Assembly (NCBI GenBank): GCA_964016885.1
Contig: OZ024741.1
Coordinates: 231,694,001-231,758,000, forward strand
Reading direction: 5' to 3'
Origin: Eledone cirrhosa
Lineage: Eukaryota
Length of the DNA stretch: 64,000 nucleotides
Position numbers and translations under genes: made by a program. Positions 12,546 through 26,466 of this stretch are shown here, piece after piece (positions within the stretch are counted from its first letter, which is position 1; every line of letters starts with the position of its first letter). The notes beneath the pieces are model-generated. The model did no database searches, was not told the origin of the DNA, and saw nothing but the letters and a program-made list of their open reading frames with translations.

Positions 12546-12632
12546 TTCGAAGACTAAATCCAAAGAGGACTCGATAAGGATAGATATATATCAAATATAT
12601 AAGAACCGTAGAGCAAATATTTATTAAAATAG

Positions 12633-15029
12633 CAGATAAAAAGTTTAAGCAAAGAATCGCTGCTTTCACCCTTAACGGGATCTTCTGAAACTAACAAAGT
12701 CAATCTGAGAACGCAGAAGTGAATATTTAAAAAAACGTTGCAATCGGAGGAAGACAGGAAGACGATACTTTGGTTCGTGGAAACGTTCCCTGGCAAAGAA
12801 CGGGGAAAAACGAATATAATACGTCATTATTTGGAGCGGTGAATAACAATTACACACAAAGACAAAACCACGTTTATGGTATAAAAGAAGTCGTAGACTA
12901 ATATTCTATTAGGTGGTTCATAGAGACGTTCTCTGGCATTGAACGGAAAAAACGAAGATAATAGGTCATATGTTGAGCGTGGAAAACAATTGTACGCAAA
13001 GACAAAACCACGTAAATGGTATAACTGAAGTCGTAGACTAACATTCTAACTAGGAAACCGAATAATTCTCGACTTCAGAGTTAAGAATAAAGTAAATAAA
13101 ATACAGAAGTAATTGAAATTAAATAAATACTTCCACGTATCCATATACGTACATACACAAGCATACGCGAAAACACTCGCCGTAGGTATACAAATACATG
13201 CACATATATAAATGTGTGTGTGTGTGTGCGTGTATACAAATAATTAAATAAACGTATATAAATAAATAAATACGTATATAACAAGCACACACACATACCT
13301 ACATGTAAATACAGATATGTACGGAGACGAACGTCAACCAAAACATGAAGTACACATATACACACACCCTACATACATACGAACCCGCATACTCACACAG
13401 ACGCAAAACTCACGTATACACATAACCAAAAGCATATGTACCAGAATATATAAAATATACGCCATAACATATACAATCAAATATACGTACGAGAAAGTAT
13501 ACGTACCTTCACAAAACATACAGGTAATATATACTTACCTATACAAATAAGTAATGGTATAAACATAACATATACTTAGCTACCACATCGAGACGTAAAT
13601 TATCCGCGTATAGATCGTACTATCCGTTAGGGTATAATGTGGGGCTGTAATACAGGAAAGTTTTGTGCAATTTGTGTTTACAAATGTAAGTTTGAAACAC
13701 CCACGTCCCGTAGGGCCTAAATAGGGTTAACCGCTGCGTATTTACATGCATACCCATTATTTTCGTTACTCTCTAAGAAGGAATATGACGTCACTTTCAG
13801 CTTATATCTGGAGTCTAAAAGACAACCACACTCAATATAAGTTACACAGAGAGATCCTAGCTAGGGCTAGATCGTATAACGGAAATAAAAGAACATGTGA
13901 ACTCTGCGCCTCTGAGGCCCTGGAAATACTCTACGCCACTGATCTCATCTTAAACAAAAAATCTGAGGCAATTTCGGCGTGTAAACATAAATTGCACAAA
14001 ACTTTCCTTTATTACAGACCCACATTATACACTAACGGATAGTACGATCTATACGCGGATATTTTACGTCTTGATGTGGTAGCTAAGTATATGTTATGTT
14101 TATACCATTACTTATTTGTATAGGTAAGTATGTATTACCTGTATGTTTTGTGAAGGTACGTATACTTTCTCGTACGTATATTTGATTGTATATGTTATGG
14201 CGTATATTTTATATATTCTGGTACATATGCTTTTGGTTATGTGTATACGTGAGCTTTGCGTCTGTGTGAGTTTGCGGGTTCGTACGTATGTAGGGTGTGT
14301 GTATATGTGTACTTCGTGTTTTGGTTGACGTTCGTCTCCGAACATATGTGTATTTACATGTAGGTATGTGTGTGTACTTGTTATATACGTATTTATTTAT
14401 TTATATACGTTTATTTAATTATTTGTATACACGCACAAACACACACATCTATATATGTGAGTGTATTTGTATACCTATGGCGAGTGTTTTCGCGTATGCT
14501 TGTGTATGTACGTATATGGATGCGTGGATGTATTTATTTAATTTCAATTACCTCTGTATTTTATTTACTTTATTCTTAACTCTAAAGCCGAGAATCATTC
14601 GGTTTCCGAGTTAGAATTTTAGTCTACGACTTCAGTTATTCTATTTACGTGGTTTTGTCTTTGTGTGCAATTGTTCTCCACGTTCCACATATGACGTATT
14701 ATCTTCGTTTTTTTCGTTCAATGCCAGAGAACGTCTCTATGAACCACCTAATAGAATATTAGTCTACAACTTCTTTTATACCATAAACGTGGTTTTGTCT
14801 TTGCGCGTAATTGTTATTCACCGTTCCCAATAATGACGTATTATATTCGTTTTTTCCCGTTCTTTGCCAGGGAACGTTTCCACGAACCAAAGTATCGTCT
14901 TCCTGTTTTCCACCGGTTGCAAAGTGTTTTGAAATATTCACTTCTGCGTTCACAGATTGACTTTGTTAGTTTCAGAAGATCCGGTTAAGGGGGAGAGCAT
15001 CGATTCTTTGCTTAAACTTTAATCTGCTA

Positions 15030-15035
<6 letters not shown>
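12633..15035. mobile_element. Fold-back PLE remnant: ~1.05-kb inverted arms (12633-13682 / 13978-15035) around a GIY-YIG C-terminus (13746-14042, +)
   Basis: TSLSAYIWSLK..YNGNKRTCELCASEALEIL..LNKKSEAISACKHK; arms are reverse complements and end in an HHR-like motif; partial third copy at 18260-18830. Confidence 0.88.
12642..12692 (-). ncRNA. Hammerhead-like motif with CAGAAGA core (family copies at 3757-3807+, 14968-15018+, 18766-18816+, 31793-31843+, 36099-36149+, 37137-37187-)
   Basis: AGTTT-CAGAAGA-T CCC gttaa GGG T-GAA AGCA gcgattctt TGCT-T|AAACT; all three stems pair. Confidence 0.62.
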
Positions 15036-15100
<65 letters not shown>

Positions 15101-15164
15101 GTACATACATATATGTGTACAGACGCACAGGAGTATGTATATATATACATACATATACATACAT

Positions 15165-15206
<42 letters not shown>

Positions 15207-15646
15207 GTGTGGGTTTACCGAACATTTATTACGATGTTCGGTTTCTTTGTAAACAAACAGTCCGAATTACGCCGTACAGTGCTCGCCATGAATCTAGCTG
15301 ACTTACTATTTCCCGATGTTCACTGGAATGAATGGTATGAACATTAATATAAGGAAACCATAGTAATTTCCATAAGTTCACTGTGGAGATGTGACTGCCC
15401 CACATGCCGTTGTTTTTCCTTTGTATTTGTTCCATGTGCAATTTGTTTTGAATATATATTATCAGTAACAAGGAAGTGGATGATTTTTTCTCAATGTAGA
15501 ATTCTCATATGTAGAATTCTCTTATATATATATATAAAATTTCAGGTTATCAATAATGTAGTGATAATATATCGTCACGTTAGAGATGAACAGCGTACGT
15601 GTAGGTTTGCTCAACGAGTATAAATTATATTCCGGAGATAATGTAG

Positions 15647-17787
15647 AAAAGATGAATATAAAATGAAAGTGCTTTTTTTTTAAAAGGAATTTATTAGGTT
15701 TTGACATATGTTTCTGTAACAGACGGAATACCTATGTATCGCTGCTTGCGTAATCATATAATGTTAGCAAGTATTCGATAGCAACTGTATAATCAGTTGT
15801 CACTTCTTCAGAGATATTGGATAAATTGGAAAAAACCCAGAAAAATTGAAGTATTTATATTAGTTGTAATAAAGGAAGAAGAGAGGGGATAGTATATGAC
15901 AGATGGCAATTCAATTTACTGGTAAACAAGTATATAAAGGGTTTCTAATGAGAATACAATGAGTATATAGTTTCTTTTATCTAAATAAGAATTTTTGGGA
16001 GTGCCTATTTTAATCTATACTTGACCGATTGAACAATGGACAGGACTGGTCGTTTGGTGTAGTAGTATTAATTATAAAGTGTCAATTAAGGAAGAGGGAG
16101 ATTTTCACTGCTACTGAATAACAACAATGCTGGTAGTCTGCTGGTATATGCATTAGAGAATTAAATTAAGAAATCTCATTTTATCTATAGCAGTTTATAT
16201 TAAATGGTAAAGAATAGAAGAGTTGATAGAATTAAGACTAATAGAGAATGTTAATATGTATTTTGACAATCAAACGGAGATGGAGACAGGGGTTCAATTC
16301 TGGTAGTGTTTGTAATATGAACATGTAGATTTTAAGCGATGGTTACAGTATAACGATCGCTCTATTTTGTTATTTAATAAAATATCTTTGGATTTCATAA
16401 TACAAAATAATTTCATATAACACAATTTACAAAATTCTTGTCCGTGTGTATATGGAGGGGCAGCGCTATTATATCCCATTTTAGGTTAAATTGTTGGTTA
16501 TTTTCGCGCAGTTGCCAAGCCTTGTCTGCGAGTGTTGTTACATAACGCTGGTTTTCATGTTTTATCGAGTAACGATGTCTATAAAGGCGAAATTTGAAGG
16601 AGGTGGCTGTAGACCCCACATAGTACCACTTCTGGCTATCCGATTCGATAGTACATTTGCAACCTCATCAACCCATCCATGCCAATACAACAACGCAAAA
16701 TTATAACTGTAACTGTGTCCAACCAGGAATGTGTCCGTTGAACAATCCGTGTCTTGAAAGCAACATCATATACAAATGTACTATCGAATCGGATAGTCAG
16801 AAGTGGTACTATGTGGGGTCTACAGCCACCTCCTTCAAATCTCGCCTTTCTAGACATCGTTACTCGATAAAACATGAAAACCAGCGTTATGTAACAACAC
16901 TCGCAGACAAGGCTTGGCATCTGCGCGAAAATAACCAACAATTTAACCTAAAATGGGAGATAATAGCACTACCCCTCCATATAAACACGGACAAGAATTT
17001 TGTAAATTGTGTAATATGGAATTATTTTGTATTATGAAATCCAAAAATATTTTATTAAATAACAGAATAGGGCGATCGTTATACTGTAACCATCGCTTAA
17101 AATCTACATGTTCATATTACAAACACTACCAGGATTGAACGCCTGTCTCCATCTCCGTTTGATTGTCAAAATAGATATTAACAGTCTCTATTAGTCTTAA
17201 TTCTATCAACTCTTCTATTGTTTACCATTTAATATAAACTGCTATATATAAAATGAGATTTCTTAATTTAATTCCCTAATGCATATACCAGCATGCTACC
17301 AGCATTGTTGTTATTCAGTAGCAGTGAAAATCTCCCTCTTCCTTAATTGACACTTTATAATTAATACTACTACACCAAACTACCAGCCCTGTCCATTGTT
17401 CAATTGGTCAAGTATAGATTAAAATAGGCACTCCCAAAAATTCTTATTTAGATAAAAGAAACTATATACTCATTGTATTCTCATTAGAAACCCTTTATAT
17501 ACTTGTTTACCAGTAAATTGAATTGCCATCTGTCATATACTATCCCCTCTCTTCTTCCTTTATTACAACTAATATAAATACTTCAATTTTTTCTGATTTT
17601 TTTCAATTTATCCAATATCTCTGAAGAAGTGACAACTGATTATACGTTTGCTATCGAATACTTGCTAACATTATATGATTACGCAAGCAGCGATACATAG
17701 GTATTCCGTCTGTTACAGAAACATATGTCAATACCTAATAAATTCCTTTTTAAAAAAAAAAGCACTTTCATTTTATATTCATCTTTT
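15647..17787. mobile_element. Fold-back PLE remnant: ~1-kb inverted arms (15647-16659 / 16773-17787) containing the GIY-YIG domain (16657-17138, +, frameshifted)
   Basis: CNCVQPGMCPLNNPCLESNIIYKC..YVGSTATSFKSRLSRH..FCKLCNMELF..LLNNR..CNHR; arms are reverse complements. Confidence 0.9.
17616..17695 (+). ncRNA. Decayed or atypical hammerhead-like motif (inverted copy at 15737-15816)
   Basis: tatct-CTGAAGA-stem II CAACTG/CAGTTG-GAAT-CTTGC..GCAAG-..cgata; GAAA and NUH are not canonical. Confidence 0.35.
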
Positions 17788-17849
17788 ATATATATATATA
17801 TATATACATATAAATATATATATATATATATATACATATAAATATATAT

Positions 17850-17882
<33 letters not shown>

Positions 17883-17969
17883 TACATATAAATATATATA
17901 TATATAAATATATATATATATACCTATAAATATATATATATATATATATACATATAAATATATATATAT

Positions 17970-18000
<31 letters not shown>

Positions 18001-18004
18001 TACA

Positions 18005-18135
<131 letters not shown>

Positions 18136-18824
18136 ATAATAATTAATTTGAAGACTAAAATCCAAAGAGTCTCGATAAGGATAAGTATATATGAAATATA
18201 TAAGAACCATAGAGCAAATATTTATTAAAATAACAGATTAAAGTTTCAGCAAATAATCGCTCGCACATACACACACACACATATTTATATGTGCGTTTAT
18301 TTGTATACCTATGGCGGGTGTTTTCGCGTATGCTTGTGTATGTACTTATTTGGATGCGTGTCTGTTTTTATTTAATTTCAATTACCTCTATTTTATTTAC
18401 TTTATTCTTAACTCTGAAGCGGAGAATCATTCGGTTATTCTATTTACGTGGTTTTGTCTTTGCGTGCAATTGTACTCCACGGTCCACATATGACGTATTA
18501 TCTTCGTTTTTTCACTTCATTGCCAGAGAACGTCTCTATCAACCACCTAATAGAATATTAGTCTACGACTCTTTTTATAGCATAAACGTTATTCTGTCTT
18601 AGCGTGTAATTGTGTTTCACCGCTCCAATTAATGACGTATTATATTCGTTTTTTCCCGTTCTTTGCCAGGGAACGTTTCCACGAACCAAAGTATCGTCTT
18701 CCTGACTGCCTCCGGATGCAACTTTTTTGAAATATTCACTTCTGCGTTTACAGATTGACTTTGTTAGTTTCAGAAGATCCCGTTAAGGGTGAACGCAGCG
18801 ATTCTTTGCTTAAACATTAATCTA

Positions 18825-18894
<70 letters not shown>

Positions 18895-18927
18895 AAAGAA
18901 TAGAGGTGTAACCCACAAGTTATTATA

Positions 18928-19467
<540 letters not shown>

Positions 19468-19763
19468 ATATATATATATAAATAAAGTATACTTTTCTGT
19501 CAGATGATTGAACGTCTGAAAGTATATACCTTCCTTAGGCATATTAATGGCTGAACAGCCTAATCTGCATATCGAATGAGTTATTCGGCCGGGCATACCG
19601 AAAACGATGAATGGAAAAATGAAACGAAATTACATTTCTCATTCTTAGTACGGCTGATGCCTACATATAAGTATATATATGTATATACATATATACGTAC
19701 CTATATACATGCATAAGGAAAGTATATACTTTCAGACCTTCAATCATTCGACAGAAAGTTATA

Positions 19764-19804
19764 CGATGCTGACGATAGCTAATAAGCTTGAAACTAGTAC
19801 ATCG
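19764..19804 (+). ncRNA. Minimal type-I hammerhead ribozyme (dispersed, inverted copy of the ~490-bp array unit, 19485-20070)
   Basis: CGATG-CTGACGA-T AGCT aata AGCT T-GAA ACTAGT-A|CATCG; perfect stem I. Confidence 0.85.
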
Positions 19805-20188
19805 TTCCTGTGTCAGTGTTGAACAAAGGGCGACGATGGTTGCCGAGCACTGTACGGCGTAATTCGGGCTGTCTGTTTACAAACAATCCGAACATAATAA
19901 TTGTTCGGTAAATCCATACGTACATATATATATATGTGTGCGTGTATGTGTATGTATATACAAACGACAGTGCGTTGTACACATATATGCATGTACGTAT
20001 ACACACTTTTATTTATCTATCAGCCATACTAGGAGTGAGAAATGAAATTTCGTTTCATTCTTTTCCATTTATATTTATATATATATTTAAATATGTATAT
20101 TTATATATAGACAAGCCATTTAGACGGTATTGTCTGGACAGAAATTGCTGTCGATATAGCTTTGCAGTTGGGGTCGTGAATATTTCAC

Positions 20189-20274
<86 letters not shown>

Positions 20275-20321
20275 AAAGAATGTAAGTTAACAGCTTAAAA
20301 TTAACTCGTTTTATCATATTT

Positions 20322-20380
20322 GCTGTGATATATATTTCGGTGATATCCATCATACAACAGCTATGACTTCATCAGACAGC
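20322..20380 (-). ncRNA. Type-I hammerhead motif related to 7361-7416 (decayed paralog at 33661-33719)
   Basis: GCTGT-CTGATGA-agtcatag...tatcacc-GAA A TATATA T-C|ACAGC. Confidence 0.65.
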
Positions 20381-20689
20381 TAGAACATGAACAGATAAAG
20401 TAGAAAACATATGGATGGAACAAATATTACCTCCGATGTTTCGGTGCTTTGATATGGCCTGTCCCGAAATATGGTGTTGTTTTCTCTACGATATGCCACC
20501 AGTTTTGAGAAAACAAAATTGTTTACTATATTCCAGATGACCAACCTACCATTAATTTGGATCCACATGGGATGGCAAATTCCGATTACATTAAAGCCAC
20601 CTCAATAGATGTAAGTATTCGGAAAATATTTAACATGAACAACATTTTTTAAAACTGATAATACAATTCTATGTGTATTACTTATAAAC

Positions 20690-21035
20690 CGAGGACAATC
20701 CCTTTACCGTGTCGACGACATTATGCAACTGCTGAAAGCTTGTCTCATGTCCGCTTCGGAAAAAAATGCGCCGTGAAAGCCATTGCAATGTCACGTCCCC
20801 TAAATCGACGTATAGACACATAGGAGCTACGTCAACAAGCATCAAGTACAGGAGGTACAATAGAAACACCACAACTCCTTTAGCTAGATCGAAAATCCAA
20901 AAAGCACGGGCCTTTCCGATAGATCTGGTATCTTTTGTTAGACAACACCCGGAAATCTCTCGTTTGTTCCAGTGTTCAGGAAGTCCGCACAGATGGAGTT
21001 GCCTCGGGCATCCGCAGTTTGTGTCTGAATGAAAC
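20690..21035 (+). mobile_element. Decayed PLE GIY-YIG fragment (paralog at 34030-34340)
   Basis: CNC..CPL..C..HCNVTSPKSTYRHIGATSTSIKYRRYNR..PQFVSE. Confidence 0.65.
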
Positions 21036-21213
21036 CCTTGATATTTATATATATGTGTGTGTTGGGTTGGGTGGGGCGCGTATGTGTATATATTAGAATC
21101 AAATCACATGTAAATATGCATATATACATAAATGTATATATATATAGACACACACACACACACACATACACACATACACACACACACCTATACGCACACA
21201 CATATAAATATAT

Positions 21214-21343
<130 letters not shown>

Positions 21344-21480
21344 ATAATAAAACTATTTATAGTTATGTATATAGTATAAACAACTATAAACAGGAAGGTC
21401 AGTTATTTCTTAATTACCTTATTACCAGTAAGACAAATATCTCAATGTATGAACATCAGTTGTTTTACAGATCAGGAAAA

Positions 21481-24400
21481 TAAATACATTATACGATTAA
21501 GCATTTAATAGCTGACAATCGTTTCTTCCCAACTCTCGTTTGGACTCATTGGAGCATTATCTATGTTTGCACATATAAGTAACCTCCTATTCAACTGAAC
21601 AATAATATAGATACATATAAATTGAATTTCCGAGTAACAGTTTCGTATTTACAGGGTGAAAATGATGTAACATATATTTTACCAGAATTGTACAATAATT
21701 GTACAACCATTCATGTTCAAATTAAAATTAAAATTAAAATTAAATTAAAATCCAAAGAACGGAGTGGAAATCATGCAACAGTTAAAACAAGGGAATAGTC
21801 TAAATATTAAAGAGGCATTGAGAAGTAGTTTTGAGAAAGAAATAGTGCAATAACAATTCAAATGCAAGCGTGTGGATAGTGTAACTGCGTAAGGCATATA
21901 CATGAGGAGGAGACAAGCAAAGCCATTATGCATATATAGATGAATAAATACTGCACTTTAAGCAAATATGTTAATGTATTAGAATCTATTGTGGATGTTG
22001 AATGTTGATGGTATTCGAATTAATGGGTGTTGAGAAAAACAGTTTTTGCAGACTTTTCCGTGACATATGTTGAATTAAATTTTAGTTAATGTTTATATTG
22101 AATGTTTTAAATTAGTTAGGTCAATGGATTGTAAATTAGTCTTAATGAATTCATATTCATAGACTATATTTGATCAACCGTTAAATTTTCAATCGTTAAT
22201 TTCCGGAAGTGAATAAGGGGAGCTAATACGTAAGGGAAGGTAAGTAGCTAATTCATTTCATTTCAGTTATTAAAATTCTTTGTTCTAATACACAATATAA
22301 TGTGATACCATTGGATCTCTGTTACATAACGCTGTATATTTATGCCTGATTTTAAATACAGTGTATTCTATTATCATACATTAAAGGTCTCTTTAGATTG
22401 TTATCTATTCATTACTGGACAAGATATATGTTATGAAGGATTATTCAGCTGTTAATATGTCATAGTAGATATGCCATATATGTAATAATATAATACCTAT
22501 TATACAATGCTATTATATTTTATATTCAATTATAAATCTATATATATTTTTTTATTTTGTTGTGTAATTTAAGCATTTAATTATACAATTATAAATGCAC
22601 ATATAGTTTATTATCACATATTACATTAAATGTCTCTACATACCAAGTGCCAAATATCCATTACTGTATATGATATAATTAATCTATTGTAGTTATATCA
22701 CAAGGTGGTAATTCTATGACTAATTCTAACTGTTATTGCAGAGCATAAGGTTATAGATGAATAGCAGTTGTGTAGAGGAAAAAGTTGGTCGAGTGGTTTG
22801 TCCTAGATGTGTAGTGCTAATGGTGGTGGGGAATTCAAATCTGACATTGTTGTATCCTAACAGCTAAGTTTAAAGTTATGGAACGAGTGCCCGTACCGGT
22901 AACTGTTTTCTGATTTTGTTTATATTAATTTCTTTATAGTCTATAAGAAGAAGCGCATCATCGCTATACAAATTTAATATAGAAAAAAATAGGAAACAGT
23001 TACACAAAATGTTCAAAAACTACAATCTAAATATCACCTTAGATAAAAATACTAAAAACGTCAACTTCCTTGATACGACCCTTAGCCTAGACTCTAAAAT
23101 ATACACACCCCATCATAAACCTAACGAAAACTAATTTATGTGAACACCAACTCTAACCACCCTAAATCCATATAAAACTCTATTACCAAAGGAATATCTA
23201 ATAGAAGCTCTAATCTATCATATAATGAAACTATATTTAACAATAATTCACAATACTATAATGAGGCCTTAGCTAAATCAGGACATAAGAATGAGATTAA
23301 ATTCCAACCTATAAAATCAGATAGTTACAACATTATTTCTCATAATATGGCCATGAGGAAAAATAGTAAAAACACAGCCACTATAACTCTAAGACGAAGA
23401 GTATATACCAAACTTAACTCGCACCAAAGTAAACACCACGATAATAATATAAACAGGGATATAAATACTCAAAAAACAATACTATAAACAAAAATAGAAA
23501 AACTACTACGTCCTTCAATCCTGCTTTCAATCTGAACGTCTCTACCAACTTGCCTAAGGCTTTCTTCTCAATCTTGGAAAAAAACTTCCCGACCGGTCAC
23601 ATGTACCATAGCCTTATCAATAAAAATACAATTAAAATATCGTACTCCACCACACCTAACATTTCATACCATATAGCTAGTAGTAATAAAAGGAAGATTA
23701 ATAACTAGTTCCAACTAATTAAAACACAACAGGATGTAAACTTAGTACCTGTAAACAATAGTAGTAATAATAGTAATAATGATAATAGCACTAATGAAAT
23801 CAATAACAATACGAATGTTAGACTTCATTACCCTAGTGCTATCCCTAGCAATCAGAATTCTTCACAATATAGGAACCGGCAAGCTAACACCCGGAATAAA
23901 TGTAACTGTAGAACTAATAGAATTTACCCCTTAGGTAAGGGGTACTCATGCACCGTCAAGGCAAACAACTCTTCTAAAACATATATAGGTTCTACTTCGA
24001 ACAATTTCAAGACGAGATATTAACTCGCACCTCCACTCTTTCAAAAAACACAATCTAGCCAGCTCCACTTCTTTATCTAGCTACGTACACTCTCTGAAAA
24101 CTAGGAATAGACCATTTACACTGCAATGGGAAGTAGTAGGTGGGGCCTCATCGTATAAACCACCGAATAAATTGTGTAATCTCTGCCTTCTGGAGACCCA
24201 TACTATAATCTTTTCGAAACTAGACCTGCTTAATAGAAAGTCAGAGACATTTTCCTCGTGCCAACACCGGTACCGACACTTGTTCCATAATGTTAAACCT
24301 AGCTGTTAGTATACAACAATGTCAGATTTGAATTTCCCACCACCATTAGCACTACACATCTAGGACTTAGCAGTACCCACAACCACAAACCCCTCGACCA

Positions 24401-25710
24401 ACTATTTCCTCTACACAAGTCCTATTCATCTATAACCTTGTGCTCTGCAATAACAGTTAGAATTAGACATAGAGTTACCACCTTGTGATATAACTTCAAT
24501 AGATTAATTATATCATATACAGTAATGGATATTAGGCACTTGGTATGTAGAGACATTTAATGTAATATATGATAATAAACTATATGTGCATTTATAATTG
24601 TATAATTAAATACTTAAATTACACAACATAATAATAATAAAGTATATATACATTTATAATTAAATATAAAATGTAATAACATTGTATATTAGGGATTATA
24701 TTATTACACATATAGCAAATCTACTATGACATTAACAGCTGTATAATCCTTCATAACATATATCTTGTCCAGTAATGGATAGATAACAATCTAAAGAGAC
24801 CTTTAATGTATGATAGTAGAATACACAGTATTTAAAATCAGGCATAAATATACAGCGTTATGTAACAGAGATCCAATGGTATCACATTATATTGTATATT
24901 AGAACAAAGAATGTTAATAACAGAATTGAAATTAATTAGCTACTTACCTCCCCTTACGTATTAGCTCCCCTTATTCACTTCCGGAAATTAACGATTGAAA
25001 ATTTAACGTTTGATCAAATATAGTCTATGAATATAAATTCATTAAGACTAATTTACAATCCATTGATCTAACTAACTTAAAACATTCAATAAAAACATTA
25101 ACTAAAATTTAATTCAACATAGGTCAGGGAAAAGTCTGCAAAAACTGTATGTTTCTCAACACACGTTAATTCGAATACTATCAACACTCAACATCCACCA
25201 TAGATTCTAATACATTAACATATTTGCATAAAGTGCAGTATTTATTCATTTGTATATGCATAATAGCTTTGCTCGTCTTCTCATGTATATGACTTACACA
25301 GTTAAACTATCCACACACCTGCATATGAAATGTTATTGCACTCTTCCTTTCTCAAAAATGCTTCCTCAATGCCTCTTTAATCTTTGGACTATTCCATTGT
25401 TTTAACTGTTGTATTATTTCCACTCCGTGCTTTTGATTTTAATTTAATTTGAATTTGAACATGAATGTTTGTACAATTATTGTACAATTCTCGTAAAATA
25501 TATGTCACATCCATTCCACCCTGTAAATACGAAACTGTTGTTCAGAACATCAATTTATATGTGTCTATATTATTGTTCAGTTGAAAAGGAGGTTACTTAT
25601 ATGTGCAAACATAAATAATGCTCCAATGATTCCAAACGAGAGTTGGGAAGAAACGATTGTCAGCTATTAAATGATTTGAACACAACTTTCATAATTGTAT
25701 AATGTATTTA
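21481..25710 (+). mobile_element. Penelope-like element (Naiad-like): degenerate RT C-terminus, linker and GIY-YIG at ~22940-24305, with ~1.4-kb 3' region (24293-25710) and its inverted copy upstream (21481-22872)
   Basis: NVNFLDTTLSLD..PHHKPNE..VNTNSNHP, INKNTIKISYSTTPN, KCNCR, YIGSTSN, CNLCLLE, LLNRKSE..CQHR; arms are diverged reverse complements. Confidence 0.9.
25620..25664 (+). ncRNA. Hammerhead-like motif with CCAAUGA core near the PLE 3' end (inverted copy at 21511-21555)
   Basis: GCT-CCAATGA-TTCC aAAC gaga GTTg GGAA-GAA A CGATTG T-C|AGC. Confidence 0.5.
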
Positions 25711-25724
25711 TATATATATATATA

Positions 25725-26285
25725 TCATAAATCATGTCTTTAGAATCATCAGATAAAATATATACTATTTCTTCTTCTAATTAGCATAATTAACAATATA
25801 AAAAATCAATTAGATCAAGCTATAAGAAGAAAGGTTCTTATGGAGAAATCTCCGACAAACAACCGAACGTAGCCTCTTCGCGGCGGCCCCAATCGAGTAT
25901 TTATCCAATATTTCGACAGAATGTAGAAACTGACTAAATATATCATCAACCATACACAATTAGGTGTAAAATTAAACTTAGAAGAAATGCGTACATACCG
26001 AGATATAATTACGGTATGTACGCATTTCTTCTGAGTTTAATTTTACACCTAATGGTTGATGATATATTTAGTCAGTTTCTACATGCTGTCGAAATGTTGG
26101 ATAAATACTCGATTGGGGCCGCCGCGAAGAGGCTACGTTCGGTTATGTGTCGGAGATTTCTCCATAAGAGCCTTTCTTCTTATAGCTTGATCTAATTGAT
26201 TTTTTATATTGTTAATTATGCTAATTAGAAGAAGAAATAGTATATATTTTATCTGATGAATCATAAAGACATGATTTATGATATA
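25725..26285. repeat. ~275-bp-arm hairpin (single-arm paralog at 33262-33527)
   Basis: Centre CGTACATACCG agatataatta CGGTATGTACG; arms end near a CTGATGA followed by a hairpin but no GAAA. Confidence 0.85.
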
Positions 26286-26381
26286 TTGCTCTGATTTTTT
26301 AATTTATTAATTCTTCATAGAGCTTAAAAGTGACCAGTTGCAACATATATATATCTATAACGTTATGTATATGTTAATCTT

Positions 26382-26466
<85 letters not shown>

